Source of the DNA: Selaginella moellendorffii
Lineage: Eukaryota > Plantae > Lycopodiophyta
DNA: 64,000 nt
Direction: 5' to 3'
Assembly (NCBI RefSeq): GCF_000143415.4
Contig: NW_003314340.1
Coordinates: forward strand, 251,772-315,771
In this document: positions 48,164 to 60,879 of the stretch, piece after piece
How positions within the stretch are numbered: position 1 is the stretch's first letter
Layout: every line of letters starts with the position of its first letter
Program-made: the position numbers and the translations under genes
The notes under the pieces: model-generated
Database searches by the model: none
What the model was told of the DNA's origin: nothing
The model's input: only the letters and a program-made list of their open reading frames with translations

Positions 48164-48922
48164 ATGGAGGCCATGGAGACCCTCCAGCGGGATCTCAATG
48201 ACGCGCTCACGGAGGCGATGGGCGAGGTGAATGAGTACGTCTTCTTCACGCTCCAGGTGCGGCTTGCCGGATTTCTACGATTTGATCCTCGTTTTCTTCT
48301 ATATTCGCAGAGAAATTTCTACAAATGTGCCTACCGCTGCTTCGACGAGCACACGACGGTGTCCCGGATTGAGCCGTGCGTGCAGCAATGCGGCGCTCCC
48401 CCGCAGAGAGCGCAGAACATAATCTCCAACGAGCTCTCGAGCTTCCAGGTATGGGTTTTCTTTTGTCTTTTTTTTTTGTTCTCTTTGGTTTTTCTTTGGG
48501 GATTCCTTTATCTTTTTGCCTGTTATTGGCGTTCGCAAGAGTTCTCCTTGTGCTTGCGTCTCATTCCAGGCATACAACGATTGCAAAAGCCATTCGAATT
48601 TTTTTTTTGGTGAGGCTAGATGTGCCTCATTTACATCGTTGGTTCTTTCACACTTTTGGATTTGTTCGCGTTCTCGAAAGTTTTCTTTTCCCACTAGTCT
48701 CTCACACTTTTGTTTGCTTCTCCTGTGCAGGAACGGATCCAGCGAAGTGTACTGGTTTGCAGGGACAAATTTGACGAGCAGCGAGACATTGCGGCTCTCA
48801 CGGAAGATGAACTCGCCAGGAATGCAAAAGACTGCGTCGAGAGAGCTGTCAAAGGACACATCGCCGGGATCCCAAAATTGATGGCCAGAATAAAGTCCCA
48901 GATCACCGTCAAGGAGGACTGA
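48164..48922 (+). CDS. FAM136A-like (DUF842) protein, 3 exons: 48164-48256, 48311-48448, 48731-48922
   Basis: Spliced product FTLQ|RNFYKCAYRCFD...CVQQC...NELSSFQ|ERIQRSVLVCRDKF...DCVERAV with CX3C motifs. GT-AG introns. Confidence 0.88.
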
Positions 48923-50363
48923 AAATCTGTGGAGCAATTTTGTAGTAAGATCTTTTTTTTCTTCTTCCATCTTTTCCTTTTGTTGTTTTATTCTTTTGCT
49001 CTCGCCGTTCTTGTGTCTTTGTTCCCTTGGCACACATCGAAGGTTGGCCTGGTAACTTACTGCCATTTCAGCTCAAAAGTTGTGCTAGATCGACCGCTGC
49101 CTGGGAGAGAACTGTGCAGCGGCCTAGAGAAACAGTGGCTGCTCCACTCTCGATCCAAGCAACACACTGTTTCGAGTGTGAGTGGGTTTGCTCTCGATTC
49201 AAACTCTCTTGTCTCTCTTGTTTCGACTGTATTGTGTAAGCTTTTTCCAGGTGTGTTCCATAGCGTTCATCGTCCCTTCCGAATGAGACCACCAAACAGG
49301 TACGCGGAGTTTTCTAGCATCTGGTACAGTGCTGCCGCTCCTCCGTTGGTGCCTTACGATGACTCATTGTGCGTCCTTGCAGGCTAGACAGTTCTTCTCG
49401 TCGCATAGCTATCGATTCCTCTCCACGAGAAAAGTTTCTTACTTGTGGAGTGGAGTGAAGATAAAAAGCCGCAGCCAGCGAGCCATCCAGCGCGAGTTTT
49501 AATGCCTGGTGACGAAGGAAGAGTTTTCACGGCATTGGGGGTATGAAAAAAGTATGGAAGAAGCAAGCAAAAGAGAAAAATCTTACTAGTGGTTCTCTGC
49601 GCAGGAAAGAAATGGATCTTAAACATTGAAGATAGTCTCGCAGCTTTTGCTTGAAGAAACAGTTTTTGGCTGGCCACGAATCTCTGGGTTGGGCGATCCA
49701 TGATTTCAAACCAAAGTGGTAGAGGTAGGCTATTGCAGTTCTTCCTTTTTGTCTACCTCTTTGTGTCAAGTCTAGCAACAGTGATTCGAGTGATTTCTTT
49801 TGTTTCTCAAATCCAGGGACGCTTAAAGTTAAAAGCCAAGGATTGATCAAATCAGAGTGACAAAGTCTCGCCAAGTTTGTTTCGTCGTTAAGTTCGTTGG
49901 ACAACAAAAATGAATGATGCCATTTTATTCGCAAGAGGGACGATCATTATCGAGTGAAACCATATCAACGTTTTAATCGACCGAAGGTTACAAGGCGTGG
50001 TCCAGGCCTGGGCGACGTGGCGGCACGTCCCAGGCTCGGCAAGCCACCGAAGCTGGTGACGGAATCTTCTTTTATGCTCTGTTTGCTCAAACCGAGCCAA
50101 ACAGAGGGTTCCAGGCGAAAGAAATTTGTCCTGGGACAGGCCATTCTTTTTGGGAGGAAGAAAAATTGGAAGGGAAGCTAGGGCATGAGAATCCGGAGCT
50201 GCGATCCACGGGAGATGCGCGGCGCCAGGGCTCGGGTGTGGCGCTGCCGGGGCACCAAGATCTGTGCGCGCGGCTCGTCCAGGTTCTGCTCGATTCTTGG
50301 ATGAGGGGCAAGAATGCGGGCTCCTCGCCTCGCGGATCGCCGGCGCTGGGAATTCTCACAGCC

Positions 50364-53276
50364 ATGAGCATCGGGATCGGCCGATGGATCGTTCTTGGCG
50401 TCGTGATCATCGCCGGTGCCGCCGCGGCTGTCGATCCGACCGAGAGGGCGGTTCTTGATGCGATGATCCAGGGATTGACCAACGGGGCATTGCTCGGCTG
50501 GGGGAGCGGCGATCCGTGCTCGTGGAAGCACATCCAATGCCGGGGCCAGTCTATCATCGGAATTGCGGTGGAATCCCTGGGGCTGGTCGGGACTCTCCCC
50601 GGAAATCTCAACAAGCTCGCCAATCTCGAGTACCTCGGCCTCCAGTTCAATGGATTCCACGGCGCGCTGCCCAGCCTCAGCGGCCTCAAGAATCTCCGCA
50701 AGGTCTACCTCAACAGCAACAACTTCGCGACCATCCCAGGAGATTTCTTCCGCGGCCTCGACAGCCTCATGGTCATCTACCTCGATCACAACAATCTCAA
50801 TGGCACCGCGGGATGGCAGCTCCCCGACGACGTCCAATTCTCCACCAAGCTCGTCAATCTGTCGCTGACGAACACCAGCCTGGGCGGGCCGATCCCGGAG
50901 TTCCTGGGCACCATGGCCAGCCTCAAGGTCCTCAATCTCGCGTATAACTCCCTCACCGGTGGGCTTCCCGCGAGCTTCAAGGACTCGGCGATGACGCAGC
51001 TGGAAGTGAACAACATGGCGCTGGGCGGATCGATCGACGTGGTTGGAGGGATGACGAGCCTCGCGCAGCTGTGGCTACAAGGGAACCAATTCACTGGGAC
51101 GATCCCGGTGGGTCTGAGCAACGCGGTGGCTATGGCGGATCTCCGGCTCAACGACAACAAGCTCAAGGGGGTGGTGCCGAATTTCACAGCGCTGGCACTC
51201 TCGCATTTCAGCGTGACCAACAACAATCTCATGGGGCCGATCCCACTGCTCAGGGCCACCAACACGGATGGTTTCGGTGGCAACAAGTTCTGCCAGAGCG
51301 AGGCTGGGAAGGCGTGTAGTGCCGAGGTGACCGCGCTGCTGGGATTTCTAGGTGGCATTGGTTTTCCAGACTCGATCATCGCGGACTGGTCGGGGACGGA
51401 TCCCTGCGCCGTGACCTGGGTGGTGTGCGATGGGACTGCGGTGATCGGGTTGAAGCTCGAGAGGAACCAGCTCGCTGGGACGCTGTCTCCCGCGGTGGCG
51501 GGGCTGGCGGATCTCAGGTTTGTGATGCTCAGCAACAACAATCTCTCGGGTTCCATCCCTCCGGAGTTTGCAACGATGAAGTCTTTGAAGACGCTGGATT
51601 TGAGGAACAACAGCTTGTCCGGCCCGATGGTGAAGTTCTCCGGGGTGACAGTGCTCGTGGATGGGAATCCTCTGCTCAACAGTCCTCCTGGATCGGCTCC
51701 AGTTCCTCCATCCTCGTCTCCAGCTGCTCCAGCTGCTCCGGCTGGATCGGCACCGGCCACAACACCATCGCCACCATCACCGCCTGGAACGCCTCCACCT
51801 CCGGGTACGCAAGATGACAGTGGGAATCGCACTAACAGCCCTCAAGCATCTTCCAAGTTCCCCATAGTGGCGGTGGCTGTTCCTATTGCTGGGGCCGTGT
51901 CGCTGGCGCTGGTGGCGGGAGTTTTTATATTCTTCCTCTGCTGTCGACACAAGGGGAAGCATCAGGCCTCGAGGAGCTCCAGTAGTGGGATGCTGGTTCA
52001 TCCCCGGAACTCCAATTCTGATCCAGATATGGTGAAGGTCAGTGTCACAAGGACAGCGGAGCCGAATGGTGGAGGAAACCACAGCGGGCCCAGTGGTGAC
52101 GTTCATGTAGTGGAGGCAGGAAATCTAGTGATCTCCATCCAAGTCCTACGTGACGCCACGAAGAACTTCAGCCGGGACACGATCCTCGGCCGTGGTGGGT
52201 TCGGTGTTGTTTACAAGGGGGTGCTGGACGATGGCACCAGCATCGCGGTGAAGAGGATGGAGGCCTCCACGGTGGTGAGCAGCAAGGGGCTGAGCGAGTT
52301 CCACGCGGAGATCGCGGTGCTGACCAAAGTGAGGCACCGGCATTTGGTGGCGCTGCTCGGCTACTGCATCGAGGGGAATGAGAAGCTGCTGGTGTACGAG
52401 TACTTGCCGAACGGGACGCTGGCGCAGCACCTGTTTGAGCGGGGAGCTAAACCGCTGGACTGGAAGAGGAGGCTGGTGATAGCGCTGGACGTGGCGAGGG
52501 GGATGGAGTATTTGCACGAGCTGGCACACATGAGCTTCATCCACAGGGACCTGAAGCCGTCCAATATCTTGCTCGACGATGATTATCGTGCCAAGGTGTC
52601 AGACTTTGGACTGGTGAAGCTTGCTCCCGAAGGCAAATACTCGATCGAGACAAGGCTGGCGGGCACGTTTGGGTACTTGGCTCCAGAGTACGCAGGTAAA
52701 TGAGTTTTTTTTTTTCTTCCTCCTTTTCTCTGGTTCGCATGTTTCCTGGAAGACTTATGGTGGTGTGTGTGTTTGACAGTGACGGGGAGAGTTACAACCA
52801 AGGCGGACGTGTTCAGCTTTGGAGTTGTCCTCATGGAGCTGATCACGGGGCGGCGAGCGCTGGACGAGAGCCAATCCGAGGAGAACATGCACCTTGTGAC
52901 GTGGTTCCGGCGTACGCACCAGGGCAGAGAATCCTTCGCGAGGATGATAGATACAGCGCTGCTAGAAGGCACCGAGGACAAAGTGGAGGGCATTTACACG
53001 GTGGCCGAGCTCGCCAAGCACTGCACGGCGAGGGAGCCGTACAACCGGCCGGACATGGGGCATGCGGTGAGCGTGCTGGCGCCGCTGGTGGAGCAGTGGA
53101 AGCCGACGGCGTCGGACGGGGAGGAGACCAAAGGGATCGATCTCAACGTGACGCTCCCGCAAGCGCTCAAGCAGTGGCAGGCCTCGGACGACTCCAACTT
53201 GGACGATAGCCAGGCCAGCCTCCCGACCAGGCCCGTCGGCTTCGCGGACTCGTTCACGTCCTCGGACGCCAGGTGA
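50364..53276 (+). CDS. TMK1: TMK-family LRR receptor-like kinase, 2 exons: 50364-52695, 52780-53276
   Basis: Signal peptide, two LRR blocks split by a Cys island (FC....GKACS.EV.ALL), Pro/Ser stalk, TM helix, [37 protein letters not shown]|[16 protein letters not shown]-terminal [17 protein letters not shown]. Exact orthologue among TMKs not determinable. Confidence 0.95.
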
Positions 53277-53989
53277 TCGTGTTCCTCCGGCCACTGACGA
53301 TGGTGGTGGTGTCTCTTTTACGTCCAGGAGTAGCAGAAGGTCGATCTTACAGTAATGTGATTGATCATACGGGGATGGATGGGTGGAAAAAACTCTTCTT
53401 CTACACGCAGCTGCGAGCGTCGCCTCGGTCGGGTCATGCTGGAGGCATGTAAATAAATGGGAGGAGAAAGGCTAGGATACAGGTGGTGGGAAAGATTATA
53501 TAGGAGACGCGTCAAACATGGGTGGCGACTTGTGATTTGGACGGTCGACAAGCAGGAGGAGCAGCAGCAGCAGACAGGGTGGTGGGAGGTTGGATTATCT
53601 TCCGGAAAGTGGACAGGGAAAGCGAGAAAGCCAGGCACTAAATAAACTGGAAGATCTCTGGGCTTGGACAGGAGAAGGAAGGATTAAGAAGCTTTTCTTC
53701 TCCTCCTCTTCTCGGGAAAAGGAACAGGGACGATCAAGCGGTACTTATCGACGAGGCAGTGAGGCAGTGAAGCAGTGGCGATGGAGCAGCGATCTCTTGG
53801 CTGGCTTGGCAGCGAGTCGAGTTTAGGAAGAACACAGCTTGGAACTTTCAAGGCAGCCATGCAGGGCATGTGAGAAGCTTGGCGGCTTTCACGAATGGAC
53901 TGGGAAGAGACTGGGGTGTGGAGGCGTAGCAGTCGGGATTCACGGAGACCGCCATGGATTTTCTCGTCCAAGCTCGTGTACGTCTTCTT

Positions 53990-54014
53990 TCTCTCTCTCT
54001 CTCTCTCTCTCTCT
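53990..54014. repeat. (CT)n microsatellite
   Basis: Visible run. Confidence 0.9.
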
Positions 54015-55358
54015 GTGGTTTTTTTTTTTTCACTTTCTAGTAGGCGTGCCTGTCTTGTAGTGTTGCTGCTGCTGCTGCTGCTACTGCCACTCTGGAGTGC
54101 TCCGCTTTTGTTGGAGCGCCCAAGTGATTGGAATGATCACGGCAGTGCGTTCTATCATCCTCTCTCGTGTTTAGTCTCTCTCTCCCAAACGATGGAAAAG
54201 AAACGATTTTTTAGTCGTCTTCATCCTTGTTCTTCGCTCGGCGCTTAGTTTTTCTCCCTGGCATTCGTTCTAAGTATGTACTTTACAGGCAAAGCGCGAG
54301 AGAGAAATAAAAGAGAAAGCTTACTTCCATCCAAGCGTCTCTTGCTTGCTTTGTTGGTACAGCTATCTGGGACCCTTTTGTTTGTGAGATTCTTTCGTCC
54401 TGGAAGGAAAACAAAAAAGCTGGTCAATACCATAGGCAAGGAATTTAAAGCTTTCATGGCTGGATACCTGTCTGCTTCACATTTGGAGGGTGCTCGCTCC
54501 CTCTCGCTGCCTCGCTCCCTCGCTCCCTCGCTCGCTGTTAAAACTGGATTCTCTCTTCCACTTTACCATTGAAAGCTCGTGGCTTGAAAGCTTGCGGCTT
54601 GTCTTGATTCATCTGGTGTTTTCTTCGCTTAGTTTTTTGATCGATCGCTATTCTGGAACGAGCACCGTCGCAACAGCACCGCCACCGTCACTGTTCTGCA
54701 AGGACCAAAGTTTTTAAATGATAGAATGGACGACAAAGAACACTTACACGAGAGAAAAAGAAGATTTTGGGGTCCTGTGGGAAGAAAGCGAGGCCTGGTT
54801 GGTGGTGTGCGCTTTGTTGATTTCGGTGGTCCTGCCCCTGCTGCTGATTGAGCGATCCATCCATCCCACGAAAGAAAAATGGAAAAGAAGCGCAGCGTCG
54901 GTGCTTGTCATTCTTTTCTTCGTCTGGTTTCTGTGCAGTGTGTGTCTGATTGTCATCGGAATCGCGTCAACTTCGAGCGAGATCCCAGCGTGCGCTGATT
55001 CTTTATCTTATCTGCGTCATCCTGCTTTCGGCCAATGCGATGGCTGTGCCGAGTTGAAACAAGATCCTCTAGCCGGCTTTTCTTCGTTTCTATAGTTTCG
55101 AGCTCGAATATATACCAGGGTTTCCTGAAAGAAACAATGAAACTTCATGAGAACTAAAGAACTTCGAAAGGAATAGTCTAAACTGGCTTTTCTTTGTATA
55201 GTTTGGAGCTCGAATATGGAAACAATGAAACTTCTATAGAACTTCGAAAGGAATAGTCTAAACATACCAGTCGATGTGGAAGACTTTCCCTGACGAAACC
55301 ACACGTTAAACATCATAAAGCCCATGAGAGCCATGGAAGACTTACAAGTCGAGAAGGG

Positions 55359-56585
55359 CTATACGGTAGAATCCAGCCGAGGGTCAAACCAGAGCCCCTT
55401 GAGCGGGATCACGACGCCGAGGTTCCGCTTGGGCTTCCCGAAAATCCAGTTCGACATCATTCTCTGGCGGGGGAACTCTGGAAGCCGGTGCCAGGAGTCT
55501 TGAATGGCGTCGTACACGCTCACTACAGAGCCGTGGTTAGTGAAATAAACCAGCTTCTGACTACCTGTGCAGTAGACCGCCCTGGACGTGAAGGATCCCA
55601 CGAACAGAGTCGTATGCTCCAGAGTCCCGGCCACATTCTTCCACTCTCGAGCTCCCAGATCCAACTCGTGAATCCCGACGCTCGCTTTAATAGCCGGCTT
55701 TAAAGCCTTGTCCACGAGACTTGGAGCAGCGGCAGCAGCCAAGGTGGTGGAGTTGTCTGCGAAGCTTGAAATGATCTTCTCCACCAGGAGCAGCTTTCCT
55801 CCATGATCAACCAGGTAAGGCATTTGCACGAGATCCTGGCCTCGGAACGCGCTCGGCATGGGAATACCAAGGTCGCTCCACTCATCCTGTTCGAAGTGGT
55901 AGCACTGGATATACTGCCATTCGCGAGTCACGCACTTGTTGAGGCAGTAGAGAACACCCCCGCAGAAGGCCGCATCGACGATGTTTAGTAGCTGCGGGTG
56001 AGAAGCCATAGCTGCTGCTTCTCGCCAGGAATCGTCGCCTTTGCGGTACAAGAGAGCTCCACACTTCACGTCGTCCTGGACGAAGGCTATCACCAGGTAC
56101 GTATCCTCGGCCTTGTCGACACGCATAGCCACCTGTTTGATGCTGCCTGGGAAGCGAGGAAGAGCTCTCCACACCTTGGTGATCGGGTTGCAAACGTAGA
56201 GAGAGTTGGCCTGGACGCTGTCCTGGCAGAAGCACAGCAAGCCTCCAGCGGCAGCAGCGCAGCGCCCAGGTGGAAGGAAAGTAAAGTCGAGAGTGTACCA
56301 TCTGCTGGAGCTAGGATCGAAAGCCCACCCCTGCTCGTGCCTGAAGCCGTGGAATCCCAAGTACCACGGTGCGCGGGACGGAAGATCCGAGCACAGCTTG
56401 AGGAAAGGAGGTGATCGAATTGTAGCTTCCCACTTCTTGCAGACGGTACGAACCTGGAGTAAATTCGGAAGTGGTAGCCTCGCGAGAATTATGCGAGTCA
56501 TGTCTTCGGGGAGCTGCGACCACACACTGTCGTCCAGAAGTGATCCTGAGCTGCTGCTCTTCATATCCCTGGCTTGAGAATCCAT
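55359..56585 (-). CDS. F-box protein with kelch/FBA-like C-terminus, 408 aa
   Basis: WSQLPEDMTRIILARLP...VRTVCKKW F-box. AAAAGGLLCF...LYVCNPITKVWRALP. C-terminal FDPRLD. Confidence 0.92.
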   Translation of the reverse strand: MDSQARDMKSSSSGSLLDDSVWSQLPEDMTRIILARLPLPNLLQVRTVCKKWEATIRSPPFLKLCSDLPSRAPWYLGFHGFRHEQGWAFDPSSSRWYTLDFTFLPPGRCAAAAGGLLCFCQDSVQANSLYVCNPITKVWRALPRFPGSIKQVAMRVDKAEDTYLVIAFVQDDVKCGALLYRKGDDSWREAAAMASHPQLLNIVDAAFCGGVLYCLNKCVTREWQYIQCYHFEQDEWSDLGIPMPSAFRGQDLVQMPYLVDHGGKLLLVEKIISSFADNSTTLAAAAAPSLVDKALKPAIKASVGIHELDLGAREWKNVAGTLEHTTLFVGSFTSRAVYCTGSQKLVYFTNHGSVVSVYDAIQDSWHRLPEFPRQRMMSNWIFGKPKRNLGVVIPLKGLWFDPRLDSTV

Positions 56586-57079
56586 ATGATTCTTTCCTGC
56601 TACTGCGAGAAACCAAGTTCCCAGTGAGAGCCACTAGCTGACTAGAAAAAAATGATTACTACCTTGCAATGATGCCAACTGCGATCCAGAAAAGAGTGCT
56701 TGTCACATTCTTCGTAATTCTTGGGACCGCTGACAAAGAAAAGGCTGGATGATTAGCGGCAGGACCACGAGAGGAGCTCAGATGATGAGACGGCATCCTA
56801 ATGGAGGACCACCATCCAGAGCTGGGAATTAACCCAGAACATAACAACTTCGAGCGGAAACCATCGATTAAAACGAAAATTTCAAGAAAACGCAGCTCAG
56901 CTCCCACCTTTTGAACAAATGTTTTTGCTTACAAGTTGTTCTTCCTTGCTTCTGTGCTTCACTGCATTGCATTTCCATTGCAGAGGAGGACACGTGGGCA
57001 AAGATGTCTACGAAAAGCGATAAATCTGTGAACCCAACCAAAAGAAAAAAAGAAAAATTGTACGAGGCTTAGGCCTACC

Positions 57080-59168
57080 TTGGGAGACAAAGTGTTTCAC
57101 AGCGGCTGGCTTTCAATGCCGGATAGCTTCATCTTCTTTACTGGACTATTTTGGCAACTCGTACACGTGTACGCTGCAGTGATTCTCGTAAGGAGACATA
57201 CGACAAGCTTAGCCATCATTCATACCTGACGATGATTCTTCCCATGAAACATATGCGGCATGGAATTGGTTATTGCAGCTCACGCACTCCAGCTGAAGAT
57301 AAAAAAAAACATAGAAAACTGTGAAGCATTTATACAGCATGCGATCAAAGGCGTTACCATAGAAGAATCAGGCGGCCGGCCGCAAGTGCATGACGTTAAT
57401 CCACCTTCTTCTTTCTCTGCACATTGCTGAAGATGTTCTTCACGGGTGCCAACATCTGCAGGATCATGGGTTTGGAAAGGCATTGATAAAAATAAAGTCT
57501 TACCATTGGTGAGAGTAGCGTCTTCTTTATCTGAGCTACAACCAACGACGATTGGCTCTTTGATTTCTGCACAGAAACGTCAATGTTGAGAGCAACATAC
57601 TAAATAGATCGATACGTGCCTTCAACACGCGCTGGTGATTTGTCTTGAATTTGTGCTTCTGCTGCTGCCTCGTGATTCTCTTCAAGATCCAGATCTCCCT
57701 GTCTAAGTTCTTGTGAGCTTGGCAAGTGCCCTTCACACTAAACAATCGTTAAAACTCAATCTTCAAAGTAGCACTCTCATACCATTTTACTTTTCTCTCT
57801 GAGCAAGTGTTGGTAATCGAGAACTTTCTCACGTAATATTTTTGAAGACGAATCTTGCTCAGCCGCAGCTTCTTGAAATCTTTTCACAACAGCCTTCAGG
57901 CTTTCTATCTCGCCAATTAAACCCTGCCAAACAAAATAAAAAAGCAAGCTCAAGCTCCTCAAGGAATGGACTAATAAAACAAACCTGTTTATCCATAGTA
58001 AGGACCGAGATAGTGCGGTCTTTCGCTTCCGACGATTTCTGGATGTTCGTTCGTCAAGGAAATTTGATCTGGATAACCAGTACATGCGGATATTATGGTT
58101 AGCTTCTCTTGGATGCTCGAGTCGTTTCTTGTATCGAGCATATGTCTTAACGCGATGATTTCCTTTTCCTTTTTAGAGCATGAAACGTTTTTGTTTCGTA
58201 GCTCGCACTCCAGTAATCGTGCTTTATCTGAGATGTCAAAGTCACAACCGAGAACGCACAAAAAAAAGCTTAAACTTACCAAGGAGCTTTTGCTCGATAT
58301 CGACCAGCCATGCCACCTGTTGCTGAAGCTCGGCAACTGCAAGACATTCTCGTAAACAAGATGAAAACGAACTACAAAATTACCCATATCTGCTCTGGAA
58401 GCCACGATTTGACGGGTTTCATCTAAGGTTCTCTTCACAGACGAGGCTTCTTGTTCTACAGCCTCAAACAGCATCGTGTTCCTGCTTAGCTTTTCCATGG
58501 CGACCGATAAATGGCTGGAAGTATTCTTTAGCTTCTGTTCCAGCTCGTAATTGGCTATCTGCGAAAAAACGTAACGTGAAAGTTTGAAAAGATTAGAGAT
58601 TTTCTACCTTAAGTTCCTCCATCACTGTGTTTCTGGAATCTAGAACAGCCTTCAATTGCATCTTCGAGCTTGCCACATTTTTCTCCATGGCAGACATTTC
58701 AAGCTCCATAATCTTAATCTGTCAAAAGAAAAAAAAAGCAGCAAGCCCTCACCAGCTAGCGAAAAAAAAAAAAGAAAACCACTCACGGCATTTTCCAGCT
58801 TCTGCCGAGCTTCGGTAGCTTCCGTGATTTGGGCTTGCAGCGATGCCTTTTCTTTGTCTTGATCGGCCTCCTTTGATCTCAGCTTCTGGCAAACAAACAA
58901 GGAAGAAAGATTTGGAAAGAAAGAAATCCTATCCAAGAACTTGCCTGAACCGAAACCTCCGCCTCCATTCGAGCTGAGCATTCCTTGGACTGCGAAAGGA
59001 TCGACAAACTGAGAAGAGGAGCAGACGTGCTAGCCTTACTTTGAGCGCCCGGACCTCCGTGAGCAAATTCTGGAACCTATACTTGAACTTAGAGAAGGTG
59101 ATACCAGCGCCGCCATCGCCATCGCTCTCCAGCGTGTCCTTCCGCTGCGGACTACACAGAGCCGCCAT
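57080..59168 (-). CDS. Multi-exon coiled-coil protein of unknown family (3' end uncertain)
   Basis: ATG at 59168 (MAALCSPQR...FKYRFQNLLTEVRALK). Heptad-rich exons (LRSKEADQDKEKASLQAQI, LLECELRNK, GLIGEIESLK, ELDREIWILK-like) separated by short GT-AG introns. Confidence 0.65.
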
Positions 59169-60739
59169 GCCCAAAAACCCTACACTCTCGAGTGGCGGGA
59201 ATGAACCAAATCTAACGGTTGTGATTTACTCGTCGTTAAATTGAATAGAAAAGGATGAGAAATCAAAGTTCTCCAAACCGATAATGAGCCAAAGCACAAC
59301 GTTGGCCTGATTTTAGAAAAGCACGTCAACACTGTCACTGCCAGAAGTGAGAAAGAATTAACCATGATCATGGATCTGAGACTTGGTCCACATCTATAGT
59401 AGAAGTTATTCATTAAAATCCTCCTCATTTGACGACTAGGCATTTGCAAAGAGTCATGTTTTGCATGCCAATTTGGGCCTGGCTGTTGTTTCTGGACCTC
59501 ATATTAGGTAAGTGAGGTTAATGTTTGATTCTCTATAAAATTTAGTTAGAAATGTTTGTAACTAAGCATATTTAAAATGTAAGCACTACTTTGCCTACAT
59601 TGCTAAATTTTTTGCAATGTAGTTGAAGTGGTGGCATCACCTTTTGAGCTTTCTGAATGATGGTTTAGATGTGGCAGCATGGAAGGGATAGCCATTTTAG
59701 TGGTGCTGGTGTTGGCATCATTATCAATACCAATTGCTTAGAGAACACTTGAAGCAGCCTTGGTTGTTGATATTAGCAAATGCCCTTGCCTAAGTTAATT
59801 GAGAAATGGGTTATCATATGTGTATTTGTACCAAATAAACATAAAATAGAAACTCTTAAATGTTTCTTATTAAGCATACTCGGCTTATGATGAAAAACTC
59901 ACATGGTAGCTTGTACTTGTTAGTGTTGGGTATGTAAATCAAGTATGGTTGACTAACTTGAGACATAGTTTAGCTCCTTGTTAAGCATTGTTCTAAACTT
60001 AAGTTCCATACCATACTAGCTAGTGGAGTATTTATATTCTCTCATTAGAACAATATGTTGAACTAACATTAGACTCCATTTGGCTCACATGGTATTAAGA
60101 TGTTATATACTTTAGAATTGTTCCAATATCACTCTATGTTGTCTCTTTACTTTTTGGTTAAATACTTTGGAGTTATTCCATGCTACATATTTACCTTTAT
60201 CCCATCATTCAGTGGAAAATTTCATTCCCTGTCTTGCCCTTGAAAATCACTATAGGGTAAAAGATGTGGTTTGATTTTAATTGGTTAGTAGCTACTTAAA
60301 ATATAATATACTCTTGAATAAGGTATATTCCTACTCTTAAATTTGAAATCATACACGTAGGCATTTATAAATACATTTTTCATCTTATAAAGCATCTATA
60401 AACACAGATAAAGGGATCCACTATAGAACTGTAGTACAAGTGGATCACTAGTTTCTTCATTTAGAATTATATAATAGAAAGATTGTAAATTTAGTGTGAA
60501 AATGAAGGTGTTAATTCCCTTTTGGTTTAATAAATCAACAGTCAATGAGAATATTGACATTTCTAATGTGTGTGAGGGGGATGAAATTTGCATATATTAT
60601 TACCATAGATCCTTGGAATAATTAAAACTTTACCTTGATGCCAGATATAGTGAGATAAAATTTTTTATCAAACAATTACTTTTTTTCCAGTTGGTTTAAA
60701 AGAGAAAGATAAAATGCATTATAATGAATTCTATATAAC

Positions 60740-60879
60740 CTAGTACTCAAACCTAGCCCTAAGTATTCTAAAACCTTCAATCGATTAAAAAAACATGTGC
60801 ACTTTTATTCATGGGCCTTTTCCCTCTATATTTAAACTTTTATAGATTGTTTCTTAAGTCATTTCTTTTATTGCTTACA
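60740..60879 (-). repeat. Decayed partial Cassandra LTR
   Basis: ttcatgggccttttccctctatatttaaac...ttgcttaca resembles 10836-10907 with AT-biased changes. Confidence 0.6.

Noticed and set aside
50178-52993. Long antisense and alternate-frame ORFs over the TMK gene (likewise over the transposase and F-box genes)
   Set aside because: Shadow ORFs of GC-rich coding sequence with no motifs.
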